IMG/VR virus record: IMGVR_UViG_3300017721_001134
Span: 1 to 35,495 of that record
Reading direction: 5' to 3' (one strand)
Source of the DNA: a virus
Lineage: Duplodnaviria > Caudoviricetes
DNA: 35,495 nt
Both the position numbers and the translations under genes were made by a program. The notes beneath the pieces were generated by a model that did not search any database, was not told the origin of the DNA, and saw nothing but the letters and a program-made list of their open reading frames with translations. Below, in pieces: positions 7,816-17,008 of this stretch (its first letter is position 1; every line of letters starts with the position of its first letter).

Positions 7816-9327
7816 TTATGCAACCCCTATTTGCGGACTAGGTTTTTGCTGTGTATTTTGGAAGTCAAGCAGTGTTGTTCCTATTACTAACTGATTATTT
7901 CTTATCTTTTTACCTATTACTTCTGGGTTTTGAGTTGATATTACTTCAAAGTTACTAGAATTAGGGTTTATAACTAAAATTTTATCAACTTGTTTATTCT
8001 CATAATACAGTTGCCCTAATAATGTGACAATTCCTACTTTTAATCCAGTATAATCTATTTGGCCATCAGACTCAACGTAATCATTAGTATTGATCATTTT
8101 TGCAACTTTTTTTCCTAATTCAGGTTTCATTGCGGCTAGAATAGCATTTTTGATAAATTGTGCAGTGTCTTTTTTTGCAACTTTGCCTTTTGCTTTTATA
8201 CCTGCATTTATGGTTTTAATTAGAGTTTCACCAAAATTTGCTGTTGACTGTCCTTTTGAAAATTCGCCTGTTCCTTTTCTGTATTTGAATGCTGTTCCAT
8301 CTTTATTGACTTGTATGGGTTTGTTGTCTCCATGTATTTTCACAGTTTTAATAAATGTTTTAAATGCTTTTATAAAATCTTCTTTTCCGTCGGTTCCATT
8401 GCCACGTAAATCGTCAGGAGTCAATCTGCCACCTTGCTTTGCAGATTTACTTGCTTTTATTTCAATTTTTTCTCCGTCTACTACAATGTCACCTTTGTCA
8501 CCCTTAAACACAGGACTGCCAACTATTGCCAATCCTAGTTCACCTGGTCCCCAGTTTCCGCCAGTACCTGAAGGCATTTTAGTTAACAGATCATCAATAA
8601 GTCCTAATTCAACTAAGCCAGCATATTTTGTTTTTCCAACTTCATCTTTAACATTGCCGCTACCCATAGATACCATTTTACCTAATGGAACTATGCCTTT
8701 GATAGAATCTTGTACAAAATTTCTGATCAGTTTATAGAACTTATTTTTTTGTGCTGATGTTTTTTCTTGTCTCTCATAAGTTTTAATCATTCCATCTAGT
8801 ATTTCTCGTATATCACTACGCATTTTATTCTCTTCAGGTGCTTGCCTCGATATCGGCTTATCCCCTTTTTTCTTTGCCTCTTCATAATGTGCATCTAATG
8901 CCTCGAGCGACCCTGTTACTTTGCCTGCTAGTCTTTCTAATCCTTGTGCAAGTTCTGTATCTTGTCGTACACTTTTAGCAAAATCCTTTTCACGTGTCTG
9001 TTTGGTTAATGCACTTTCATATTTTTTGATAAAATCTTCAGCTGAATCAAATTTTTGATCACAAACTTGAGGCATTTTTTGACACATGATTGCCATCAAT
9101 CCTTCTAATTTATTCTGTTGCTGTACAATAGTCTGCGGTGCAACTTGCTCAGTAGCAGGCTCAGAACCTAAAATTTTATTAAAATAATCTATAACTTTCT
9201 GTAGTGCAGAACTTACTGTATCACTTTTAGAAGGATCTTGTTGTGCAATTTGAACTAAATTATCTACCCCTTGTTTAAGTTCAGCCCCGTTTTCCTGTTC
9301 AAAAATGTTTACCTCATTAATTCTCAT
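7816..9327 (-). CDS. large protein with possible PD-(D/E)xK nuclease-like domain, probable head-internal protein
   Basis: N-terminus MRINEVNIFE; GPGE...KGDIVVDGEKIEIKAS fits an E...D...ExK arrangement. ORF solid, function tentative. Confidence 0.55.
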   Translation of the reverse strand: MRINEVNIFEQENGAELKQGVDNLVQIAQQDPSKSDTVSSALQKVIDYFNKILGSEPATEQVAPQTIVQQQNKLEGLMAIMCQKMPQVCDQKFDSAEDFIKKYESALTKQTREKDFAKSVRQDTELAQGLERLAGKVTGSLEALDAHYEEAKKKGDKPISRQAPEENKMRSDIREILDGMIKTYERQEKTSAQKNKFYKLIRNFVQDSIKGIVPLGKMVSMGSGNVKDEVGKTKYAGLVELGLIDDLLTKMPSGTGGNWGPGELGLAIVGSPVFKGDKGDIVVDGEKIEIKASKSAKQGGRLTPDDLRGNGTDGKEDFIKAFKTFIKTVKIHGDNKPIQVNKDGTAFKYRKGTGEFSKGQSTANFGETLIKTINAGIKAKGKVAKKDTAQFIKNAILAAMKPELGKKVAKMINTNDYVESDGQIDYTGLKVGIVTLLGQLYYENKQVDKILVINPNSSNFEVISTQNPEVIGKKIRNNQLVIGTTLLDFQNTQQKPSPQIGVA

Positions 9328-9847
9328 ATATGTCCTTCAATTGTTCCAACGTGGCATCTGCTCTGCCGTCTTTGTGTTTGATAGCAGTACCACCGGCTGC
9401 CATCCAATTTTTTATATTTACACCAAAATCATCGATGAGCACATTAGGAGTGCCATCTGATTGTTTGGCATATATGCCTTTGTTTGCTGTGGGGGACATT
9501 ATAATTGTGTCTACAGGCTGTATGGATAGGTTTGCTTGTACCCATGCTCTCTTCTGTTTTTCTGCTCTGGGGTCTCCTGACAGTGCTTTAGACAGTACAA
9601 CAAATTCTCCTACAATGTTTTGTATACCTGATAACAGTTTGTTGGCATCTGGTAGCACACCCAAGTTGGGCCAAAAGTCATCTGTTTGAGCAATCTGTTT
9701 TAGTGTTCTTTGCAGTGTGTTTTTGTCTGCTTGATTCCATTTGGCAACACCTGCCATTTTGTTGAATGGAGTAAAGAAGTCTGCTAGTACACCGTCAAGG
9801 TCTACATATAGGATAGGTTTAGTGCTGTCGATTTCAAACAACAACAT
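9317..9847 (-). CDS. 5'(3')-deoxyribonucleotidase, NT5C-like HAD family
   Basis: YVDLDGVLADF (DxD motif I), K..W, LIDD (motif IV), W..AGG..I.H. Confidence 0.85.
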   Translation of the reverse strand: MLLFEIDSTKPILYVDLDGVLADFFTPFNKMAGVAKWNQADKNTLQRTLKQIAQTDDFWPNLGVLPDANKLLSGIQNIVGEFVVLSKALSGDPRAEKQKRAWVQANLSIQPVDTIIMSPTANKGIYAKQSDGTPNVLIDDFGVNIKNWMAAGGTAIKHKDGRADATLEQLKDIYEN

Positions 9848-10515
9848 TATGCTAGTTTTAATTTCTTCATCATTTTTTTAAGTGTGCCTGGCTTAACATC
9901 TTTGGTGGTGTTTTGTTTTGTGATAATTCCAACACCTGCTGTTTCTTTTATGCCTAGTCCCAGTCTCACAGCATGATACATATCATCAACAAGTCCTGAA
10001 TCACCTTTAACAATCTGTGCAAATGCTCCAGCATCACCTTTGGCAGCCGCTTCGCGTGCCTTTGATGCCGATGCTCCGGTGGCGCCATCTGAATCAGGAT
10101 CTCTGTCACCTGCTGATACAACTTTTATTTCGTCAAATTTATATTCATCGCCATTGTATTTTTGTAATAGGTCATTAAATGAACTCACTCTGTCAGAGCC
10201 TGCTACCATTGTGACTGCGTTGTGTCCACGTTGTTCTAGATATTGCATCACTTGTATGATTGTTCTTACACCTTCATCCTGCACAATCTCACTGGTGTGA
10301 TTGCCAAATCCTCTTTTCATAAAACTTATTTTTGTGTCGTAGTCTAACGGATTCTTTTTCTTATCTGTGGTGTGTGATACAAAAATGTAATAGGGTAGTC
10401 CTATTGATGCCACCTTGTCTAGCAGTTTGCCGTGACCTATTGTGGGCGGATTAAACCGACCAAATGTGAATACAGCAGGATTATTGTCCTTTTCTAGGAT
10501 TTCTAGTAATCTCAT
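9847..10515 (-). CDS. cytidylyltransferase-family (HIGH-type) nucleotidyltransferase
   Basis: FTFGRFNPPTIGHGKL, VAGSDR, SAGDRDPD, SASKAR motifs; ATG 10515 gives MRLLEILE. Confidence 0.85.
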   Translation of the reverse strand: MRLLEILEKDNNPAVFTFGRFNPPTIGHGKLLDKVASIGLPYYIFVSHTTDKKKNPLDYDTKISFMKRGFGNHTSEIVQDEGVRTIIQVMQYLEQRGHNAVTMVAGSDRVSSFNDLLQKYNGDEYKFDEIKVVSAGDRDPDSDGATGASASKAREAAAKGDAGAFAQIVKGDSGLVDDMYHAVRLGLGIKETAGVGIITKQNTTKDVKPGTLKKMMKKLKLA

Positions 10516-10762
10516 CACTCATCATTTCTTTGTACATTTCAACAGCAATCATCTTCTTTACGTCTGGACTGATTACTTCATATGGAATGTTATTTGTTTC
10601 GCTGAATTTCTTGCAGGCATGATCGACCAATTCCATGACTCTGCCATGATCGTTTGGATTTTTACGCATATAATAAAATGATGGCACATACATTCTTCTG
10701 TACATGTCTTCGTCATCGAAAATAGACTGTGTAATGGCTAAACCTAATGATTCATCGTGCAT
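10481..10762 (-). CDS. hypothetical protein
   Basis: 93 aa; TAAATA 5 nt upstream. Confidence 0.7.
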   Translation of the reverse strand: MHDESLGLAITQSIFDDEDMYRRMYVPSFYYMRKNPNDHGRVMELVDHACKKFSETNNIPYEVISPDVKKMIAVEMYKEMMSDEITRNPRKGQ

Positions 10763-10773
10763 ACAGATATTTA

Positions 10774-11202
10774 TTAGAATAATTTTTCAATCAACCATTC
10801 GTATACAGGAGCAGTGAATGTGAATCTATACTCACCGTTGTAGCCTAATTCTTTGATTTTTTCCAGTACAGGTGCTTTTGGTGAAGGATGATCTGGGTAA
10901 AATTTGGCCTCAGGATTCAATATCTGGTCCAAATCAACGTCATCCATCATTATTGAATCGATCAAAATGTAGGAATCCTTTGTTGTGACATCTTCTTCTT
11001 GCACAACATTGGCAAATGTTTTGTTAGAAACTACTAATCTGAATTCATGCTGGCCATCTTCTAGTTCGATATCGCTAGTAAAATCTATGTCTTTGCCTGA
11101 ATCGTCTGAAAATATTTGATTGTCACCGATAAAAATAGAAACAGTTAAAGGATGATCGTGCCAAACATGCTTGGCTTTAACGCCTATTTTTATCATATAC
11201 AA
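10774..11202 (-). CDS. hypothetical protein (beta-rich)
   Basis: 142-aa ORF in a tiled run; exact start uncertain (11202 or 11196). Confidence 0.7.
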   Translation of the reverse strand: MYMIKIGVKAKHVWHDHPLTVSIFIGDNQIFSDDSGKDIDFTSDIELEDGQHEFRLVVSNKTFANVVQEEDVTTKDSYILIDSIMMDDVDLDQILNPEAKFYPDHPSPKAPVLEKIKELGYNGEYRFTFTAPVYEWLIEKLF

Positions 11203-11371
11203 ATTCCATGCCGTGCAAGTTGCCTACAAACACATCAGGTTTAAGTAATTTTAATTCTATTCTGATGTCTCCAGGCTTTACTACTGTAACAATTTTATTT
11301 TGTGATTCTGTGACTATACCAGCAGTCACATACTTGTCTTTGTCTGTGCAATATAAAGATATTTCTTCCAT
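11177..11371 (-). CDS. hypothetical protein (likely early gene)
   Basis: 64 aa; consensus sigma70 promoter with ATG 6 nt after the -10 box. Confidence 0.75.
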   Translation of the reverse strand: MEEISLYCTDKDKYVTAGIVTESQNKIVTVVKPGDIRIELKLLKPDVFVGNLHGMEFVYDKNRR

Positions 11372-11377
11372 ACCATT

Positions 11378-11405
11378 ATTATATAGGATTAAAGATAAAT
11401 GTCAA
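11378..11405 (-). promoter_or_regulatory. sigma70 consensus promoter
   Basis: TTGACA-N16-TATAAT-AATGGT-ATG, same layout as 5439-5475. Confidence 0.8.
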
Positions 11406-11406
11406 A

Positions 11407-11757
11407 TTATTTGTTGAAACCAACAGTTTCACGTTTTATATCATTGTGATTGAATTCTGCCCAGTACAATTCAAATGCTACACCATCTTTTACTCCTTCG
11501 AATTGATGATATACTCCTGGTTTGACTTGACAAAAATCGCCTGCTTTAAGCACAGTTTCGTCTACAAGGTCATAATCATTTTGCCAAACTCTTATGATCA
11601 TTTCTCCTGACTCAACAAAGAAACCATTCCATTTAAATTCATGCTTGTGTTTAGAACAAACGCCACCTTTTTTGTATTCTATTCGATGAAACTCATGCAC
11701 ACCATTGGCATGCACTAATTCTGTGTTCCCCCAAATTTTTCCTGCTTTGTTTCCCAT
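11407..11757 (-). CDS. cupin-domain protein (mannose-6-phosphate isomerase type II-like)
   Basis: K.WG start, SKHKH...F.V.SG, V.PG.YHQF cupin motifs. Confidence 0.8.
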   Translation of the reverse strand: MGNKAGKIWGNTELVHANGVHEFHRIEYKKGGVCSKHKHEFKWNGFFVESGEMIIRVWQNDYDLVDETVLKAGDFCQVKPGVYHQFEGVKDGVAFELYWAEFNHNDIKRETVGFNK

Positions 11758-11777
11758 GCAAGTAATTATGTGGTAAT

Positions 11778-12128
11778 TTAAAAGTTGAGTAGTATTTTGG
11801 TTACTGATCCAGTTTCAACAGTTGTCGATGCTCTTACCCACACAAAGTTACCAGTAAAATTGATATATTGTGTTGCTACCACACTAGAACTATCACCAAC
11901 TGACGTTCCATCTATATCGAACCAGTCTGTAGCATTGTCTGGATCAGTGGCAAGTGATCCTTGCATTTTTATTGTGCCAACAAAATCTGAAGAGCAAATG
12001 TATGCCACTGTATGTAATCCGTCAGCATTCCCATAATATCCATCTGCTTTGACGGCTTCTGATACTGTGGCCGCAGTTGAGTCAGCGGCAGCTATTTGTG
12101 ATTGTACAATGATCGATGTGCTTGGCAT
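11778..12128 (-). CDS. probable virion structural protein
   Basis: Beta-rich, DGYYG..DGLHTV, WFDI, FTGNFVWVRA; late motif 5 nt upstream. Confidence 0.6.
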   Translation of the reverse strand: MPSTSIIVQSQIAAADSTAATVSEAVKADGYYGNADGLHTVAYICSSDFVGTIKMQGSLATDPDNATDWFDIDGTSVGDSSSVVATQYINFTGNFVWVRASTTVETGSVTKILLNF

Positions 12129-12136
12129 ACAGTTAT

Positions 12137-12418
12137 TTATTGAGAGATTTCAGGGAACAGTCTTTCGATAGTGATTTCGTCCATTCCATTGATCTCATGT
12201 ATTTTTTGTGGAGTAACCAAATATTCACGTAGATTTTCAGGATCACAACCTTTAATAACAATTTTTTGTCCTTTGATTTCACATGCTTCAAACAATAAAT
12301 CTTTTGCGAGATCTAATGGTTGTGCTCCTAGTCCATGCACACCTATTGTGGCATTTAGCATAGCATTCTTTTTTAGATAGTTGTGCTCTATCATGTATTT
12401 CACAATGTTTGTTTTCAT
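12137..12418 (-). CDS. hypothetical protein
   Basis: 93 aa; AGGAGA SD. Confidence 0.75.
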   Translation of the reverse strand: MKTNIVKYMIEHNYLKKNAMLNATIGVHGLGAQPLDLAKDLLFEACEIKGQKIVIKGCDPENLREYLVTPQKIHEINGMDEITIERLFPEISQ

Positions 12419-12425
12419 GTATCTC

Positions 12426-14633
12426 CTAGTTTATTGTAAACTCGTCTGAGTCTTTGTTATAATCAACTGAAAGTTTTTTGTTTGTGATACTATCAAAAAG
12501 TATCTTCTTACTCAAAGGCAGTTTTATTCTTGTGCTTATTACTCTTTGCAGTGGTCTTGCACCCATTTTAGAATCGAACCCTTCTTCTTGCAGTTGTTGT
12601 TTTGCTTGTTTGGACAGTTTAACAGTAATATTTTTATCTGTCATCTGATGATTTAATTGTGTAATAAATTTATCTACAATACTGGCCATTACCTTTTTTT
12701 CTAATGGCTTAAATCTTAACACAGCATCTAACCTATTTCTAAATTCTGGTGCAAAATAATTTTTAATATCAATCTCTCCGTCATGCACATTATTGTCAGT
12801 GAATCCTAATGTGTTGGCCTGCATATCCTGGGCACCCAAGTTTGAAGTCATCATGATGATTGAGTTATTGAGTCTCACTTTCTTACCATTAGATGCTGTA
12901 ATCACAGCATCATCCATTGCCTGTAGCAATATTGTCATTACATCTTTGTGTGCTTTTTCGACTTCATCAAACAGTATGACTGCGTTAGGATGTTTTTCCA
13001 ATTCATTAACAAGTTGTCCTGCATTGCCATCATCATATCCTACATAACCTGGAGGCGATCCTATTAATTTGGCAACAGAATGTTTTTCTTGATATTCACT
13101 CATGTCAAATTTTACCAGTGTCATGTGTAGTCCATCAGCAAGTTGCCTTGCAGTTTCTGTTTTTCCACAACCAGTTGGTCCAACAGCAAGGAAAGATCCT
13201 ATAGGTTTGTTTTCCTGCTTTAGGCCTGCTTGAGCAACAATCACAGTATCGACCAATTTGTCTATCACAGTGTCTTGTCCGAACACTTGTGTTTTGACTG
13301 TTTCGCCTAAATTTTCTATGCTGGCTGTTTTTGTTTGTTCAATTGACTCAAACTTTACACCTGATATTTGTGCAACTTGTTTTTGAACATCTGTGATGTC
13401 TACATCTTTAAATGCATCAAATATTTTTGCTTTGGAACAAGCACGGTCTAACACATCAATTGATTTGTCAGGTAGTTGCCTGTCTGTAATATGTTTGACT
13501 GATAGATCCACTGTGGCATCTATTGCGTCTGATGTAATTTCCACTTTGTGATAATCTTCGAATTGTTCTTTGAGACCCATCATTATTTGTTTTGCATGTT
13601 CAACACTCGGCTCTTCAATATTCACTTTGCCAAATCTACGCATCAATGCTCTGTCTTTTTCAAAATGCTTTCTGTATTCTTCCCAGGTGGTTGAAGCAAT
13701 CACTTTCAAATCTCCTCTTGCAAGTGCTGGTTTCAACAAGTTTGCAAGATCAACACCTCCTTGCCCGCCTGCTCCCGCACCATGCATCATGTGTGCTTCG
13801 TCGATGAACATAATTGCTTTGTCATTCTTTTCTAATACTGATAATAATATTTTTAAACGTTCTTCAAAGTCTCCTCTGTATTTTGATCCAGCAATTAAAG
13901 ATCCTACATCAACAGAAAATATAGTATGATCTTTGATCACATCTGGCACTTTGTTTTCAACTATCATGTGTGCTAATCCTTCTGCAATAGCAGTTTTTCC
14001 TACTCCTGGATCTCCTATCATGATAACATTGTTCTTTGTTTTTCTTCCTAACACTAGCACAATTTCATCTACCACGTCTTGTCGACCAATACAATGAAAT
14101 GTTTTATTTTGTTTTGCTTGTTCATTCAAATCAACAGTGTAGTTTTTAAGTATCTTGGCCGCTTGTTTCTGATTAACCTGTGTTTCATCAGGCACCTCAG
14201 TACCAACTTCTGTCATGTGGTCGACAACAGCCTTTTTAGTAAGTCCATTTTTTAACATGAAAAACAATGCATGTGAATTTTTTTCACCAAATAGGCTCAA
14301 TATAAGTTGAAAGCAATCCACATATTCTTTACCTGAAAATATTGCAGTGGTGAATGCTCTGTTTACTGTACGCTCAGTAGATTGTGTTCTTTTTGGATAT
14401 ACTTCCTCTTTGCTTTTTATTTCATTCAACCCATTTTCGATATGATCCTGTAGATCATTCATCATTTGATCAACTTTTATATCCTTATTACTGTGTAACA
14501 ATTCATCTAGATCCGGTTGTATCAATAGAACAAAAAGTAAATGTTCTAGTGTAATGTATTCGTGCGAATGAGATCTAGCAATTTTAACTGCTTCGTCAAA
14601 AATGTGTTTCAATTTATCGTCTGCTTGAATCAT
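12426..14633 (-). CDS. clpA: ATP-dependent Clp protease ATP-binding subunit ClpA
   Basis: Clp N-domain (HEYITLEHLL), AAA1 GDPGVGKT/FIDEAH, AAA2 GPTGCGKT/FDEVEKAH, LGF ClpP-docking loop, GARPL; no ClpB coiled-coil middle domain. Confidence 0.92.
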   Translation of the reverse strand: MIQADDKLKHIFDEAVKIARSHSHEYITLEHLLFVLLIQPDLDELLHSNKDIKVDQMMNDLQDHIENGLNEIKSKEEVYPKRTQSTERTVNRAFTTAIFSGKEYVDCFQLILSLFGEKNSHALFFMLKNGLTKKAVVDHMTEVGTEVPDETQVNQKQAAKILKNYTVDLNEQAKQNKTFHCIGRQDVVDEIVLVLGRKTKNNVIMIGDPGVGKTAIAEGLAHMIVENKVPDVIKDHTIFSVDVGSLIAGSKYRGDFEERLKILLSVLEKNDKAIMFIDEAHMMHGAGAGGQGGVDLANLLKPALARGDLKVIASTTWEEYRKHFEKDRALMRRFGKVNIEEPSVEHAKQIMMGLKEQFEDYHKVEITSDAIDATVDLSVKHITDRQLPDKSIDVLDRACSKAKIFDAFKDVDITDVQKQVAQISGVKFESIEQTKTASIENLGETVKTQVFGQDTVIDKLVDTVIVAQAGLKQENKPIGSFLAVGPTGCGKTETARQLADGLHMTLVKFDMSEYQEKHSVAKLIGSPPGYVGYDDGNAGQLVNELEKHPNAVILFDEVEKAHKDVMTILLQAMDDAVITASNGKKVRLNNSIIMMTSNLGAQDMQANTLGFTDNNVHDGEIDIKNYFAPEFRNRLDAVLRFKPLEKKVMASIVDKFITQLNHQMTDKNITVKLSKQAKQQLQEEGFDSKMGARPLQRVISTRIKLPLSKKILFDSITNKKLSVDYNKDSDEFTIN

Positions 14634-15129
14634 TTAACTTCCTTTGCTTTTTCCTATAATAATCTAATTTTAATTTGCTAACTTTATCAACAAAACAAAT
14701 ACCATCTAGATGTTCTATTTCATGTTGTATACATTGTGCCCATATATGTTCGAATCTGTCAACTTGTTTTTGTAAATTTTTATCATAATATTCCATCACT
14801 GCCCATTCAGGACGTTGTAATTTCATAAACAAATTCGGAAATGACAAACACCCTTCTTCTACCAATTGCATAGTAGTTGATGTCTCTATAATTCTTGGAT
14901 TAATAAATGTAAGATCTCCATACATCACAAACATCCTTATTCCTACACTGACTTGATTTGCCGCTAGACCTAGTCCGTCGCCTTTTTTCATTGTTCTGTA
15001 CATAAGGTCAGATATTTTATCATACTCTAAATCTTGTGACAGGTCAGTTTCAGGTATAACTTGTCTGAGTGCTTTGTGCCCTTCTAGGTTTATCTTAAGA
15101 ATATTTTCTTGAGATGTCTCTGATGACAT
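14614..15129 (-). CDS. def: peptide deformylase
   Basis: GLGLAANQV, EGCLSFP, QHEIEHLDG motifs. Confidence 0.95.
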   Translation of the reverse strand: MSSETSQENILKINLEGHKALRQVIPETDLSQDLEYDKISDLMYRTMKKGDGLGLAANQVSVGIRMFVMYGDLTFINPRIIETSTTMQLVEEGCLSFPNLFMKLQRPEWAVMEYYDKNLQKQVDRFEHIWAQCIQHEIEHLDGICFVDKVSKLKLDYYRKKQRKLNDSSRR

Positions 15130-15904
15130 TTAAATCCTCCTCTATTAAATTTGATGGTATACTAACATTTATCTTTACAAAAAAATCTCCCATTCTTGTT
15201 GATGGTGACATAAGACCATGTTGAGCAATTTTCATTACAGTTCCTGGTTGTGTACCAGCAGGCACCTTTAGACTAATTTTTCCTCCATCTATTGTTTGTA
15301 CTTTGACAGACGTACCCTGTATTGCGTCCCAACAAGTGATTGAATGTTCCGCATAAAGATTAAATCCGTCACGTTGAAAATATGGATGATCTTCGATATA
15401 AATTTTGCATAATAAATCCCCAGGCTGAGCATTTTTAAATTCGTTCATACCCAACCCTCTGTATCTCACAGTTTGTCCTGATGATATACTTCTTGGAATA
15501 TCGATCTTTATAGTTTTGCCCAACTGATCTATATGGATATCTTTTTTAGTGCCAGTGAATACTTCCTCTAATGATACTTCTAGTGCTATTTGTATGTTGC
15601 GGTTCTTTTGCACAGTTCTTCTTCTGAATCCAGGATTGCCGCCAAAAAATTGCTCAAAGATTCCTTCAAACCCACTACCACCAAAATCAAATTGCATACC
15701 ACCTTCACCAAACACTTGTTCTTGTTCATACTGTTGTCTTGCCTCTTGGTTTTTTATTTGACTATATGCTTGATTGATTTCTTTGAATCTAGATTCATCA
15801 CCGCCACGATCAGGATGATGTGTCTTCGCTAAATTTTTAAATGCTGTCTTGATGTCTTTGTCAGACGCATTTCTATCTACACCTAGAGTGCTGTAAGGAT
15901 CCAT
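15095..15904 (-). CDS. DnaJ-class (type II, CbpA-like) co-chaperone
   Basis: J-domain with HPD, G/F region, C-terminal domain, no zinc finger; start 15904 (MDPY) preferred from promoter spacing. Confidence 0.92.
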   Translation of the reverse strand: MDPYSTLGVDRNASDKDIKTAFKNLAKTHHPDRGGDESRFKEINQAYSQIKNQEARQQYEQEQVFGEGGMQFDFGGSGFEGIFEQFFGGNPGFRRRTVQKNRNIQIALEVSLEEVFTGTKKDIHIDQLGKTIKIDIPRSISSGQTVRYRGLGMNEFKNAQPGDLLCKIYIEDHPYFQRDGFNLYAEHSITCWDAIQGTSVKVQTIDGGKISLKVPAGTQPGTVMKIAQHGLMSPSTRMGDFFVKINVSIPSNLIEEDLNVIRDISRKYS

Positions 15905-15910
15905 GCTCAT

Positions 15911-15938
15911 AGTATACTATATAATGATGATCTGTCAA
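15911..15938 (-). promoter_or_regulatory. sigma70 promoter of the dnaJ-def-clpA run
   Basis: TTGACA-N16-TATACT, 6 nt before ATG 15904. Confidence 0.75.
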
Positions 15939-15953
15939 TGTTGCAAGTGGGGA

Positions 15954-16301
15954 TTATTTTTTGCTAGTGCCAGTGTACAATCCAAACCATGCCGCACCTG
16001 CTCCAACCACAACACTGATAAGTCCTGATTGTTCCATACTTGGATCTGGTAGTCCCATATACCATATTACAGTTTTGTATAACAGAATAATGTACACAGT
16101 CAAAAATAATCTTGGAAAAATACGCCATGCGTCAACAGCCTTGGCCATGTGTATAATCCTTGCATATGGATTAGGGCCTAGATCTTTAACACTTGTGTCT
16201 ACTTCTAAATCCAGTTTAACTTTTTTTGTTGTGCCTTGCTCACTAGCTGGTACTACAACTTCTGCGTCTGGTTTAGGTGCTGTTGGTTCTTCGTATGCCA
16301 T
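15954..16301 (-). CDS. two-TM membrane protein, holin candidate
   Basis: Hydrophobic segments IFPRLFLTVYIILLY and GLISVVVGAGAAWFGLY; next to lysis genes. Confidence 0.6.
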   Translation of the reverse strand: MAYEEPTAPKPDAEVVVPASEQGTTKKVKLDLEVDTSVKDLGPNPYARIIHMAKAVDAWRIFPRLFLTVYIILLYKTVIWYMGLPDPSMEQSGLISVVVGAGAAWFGLYTGTSKK

Positions 16302-16837
16302 TATAGATATTTAGTTGGGACGATGTTATATGCTACTATATACCTGCGTACACCAAGTGCAGACGGCTCTACATAGTGTCTCAGGTAACTTGGAACTAGA
16401 ATCATTTCACCATTCTTAGGCACATGTTTATAATCACAAGTTGGAAACACTAGTGCCCCAGATCCTTCAGGACAATCTATAAAAGCAACGCCACTCCATA
16501 GGGCAGGATAATGATCGTGTTCTTTTGCATATTCATCGTCTGTGTATCTTGCACCCCATAAGGCGCCTATAGAAAATTGTCTTTTGTGATCTTTTTTCAA
16601 CAGGGTGTAACTAGTGGCCAGTTCACATGCTTTGTACCCTATGTTTGCAAATGATGGATGTAAAGTCATATCCCATTTGGTCATGTGACATTTTAAATTA
16701 GTTTTTTTACTGTGAGGATCGACTTCGTTGTTAATAATGTCAATAATTTTTTGTTTTTGTAATTCGTAGTGCGGAATGTTTGACACAACTACATCAATGT
16801 CGTGATTGGTTTTGATGCCAATTGTGTCAAACTTCAT
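16301..16837 (-). CDS. putative 2OG-Fe(II) oxygenase
   Basis: W...HDH...WSG...PS.L.H.V...R...AYN double-stranded beta-helix pattern. Confidence 0.75.
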   Translation of the reverse strand: MKFDTIGIKTNHDIDVVVSNIPHYELQKQKIIDIINNEVDPHSKKTNLKCHMTKWDMTLHPSFANIGYKACELATSYTLLKKDHKRQFSIGALWGARYTDDEYAKEHDHYPALWSGVAFIDCPEGSGALVFPTCDYKHVPKNGEMILVPSYLRHYVEPSALGVRRYIVAYNIVPTKYL

Positions 16838-16845
16838 TTTGGGGG

Positions 16846-17007
16846 TTAGTCTTTTTTACAAATTTTCCATACAGAATAAGCTATACCTGCGTATGCAATT
16901 ATCTTTGCCAATGGGCCAAATAAAATTATCAGCACACAAGCAATTAAGATACCAGCACCATCTAGTGTGCTTGATTCTTTCATTCTGTCTTTAATAAAAT
17001 CCATCAT
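16846..17007 (-). CDS. 53-aa membrane protein MMDFIKDRMKESSTLDGAGILIACVLIILFGPLAKIIAYAGIAYSVWKICKKD
   Basis: Not in ORF track. Fills the gap exactly; two hydrophobic stretches and a basic C-terminus. Confidence 0.75.
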   Translation of the reverse strand: MMDFIKDRMKESSTLDGAGILIACVLIILFGPLAKIIAYAGIAYSVWKICKKD

Positions 17008-17008
17008 A

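Noticed and set aside
7779-7823. ORF-track starts at 7823, 2183, 5991, 18237, 19902 and 21972
   Set aside because: Downstream ATGs fit promoter spacing, SD or stop-start overlap better.
12426-15910. Cellular (bacterial chromosome) origin suggested by clpA, def, dnaJ, groES, sufT
   Set aside because: These genes are interleaved with baseplate, lysis and RFC-type clamp loader genes and T4-like late motifs, and lack their usual cellular operon partners.
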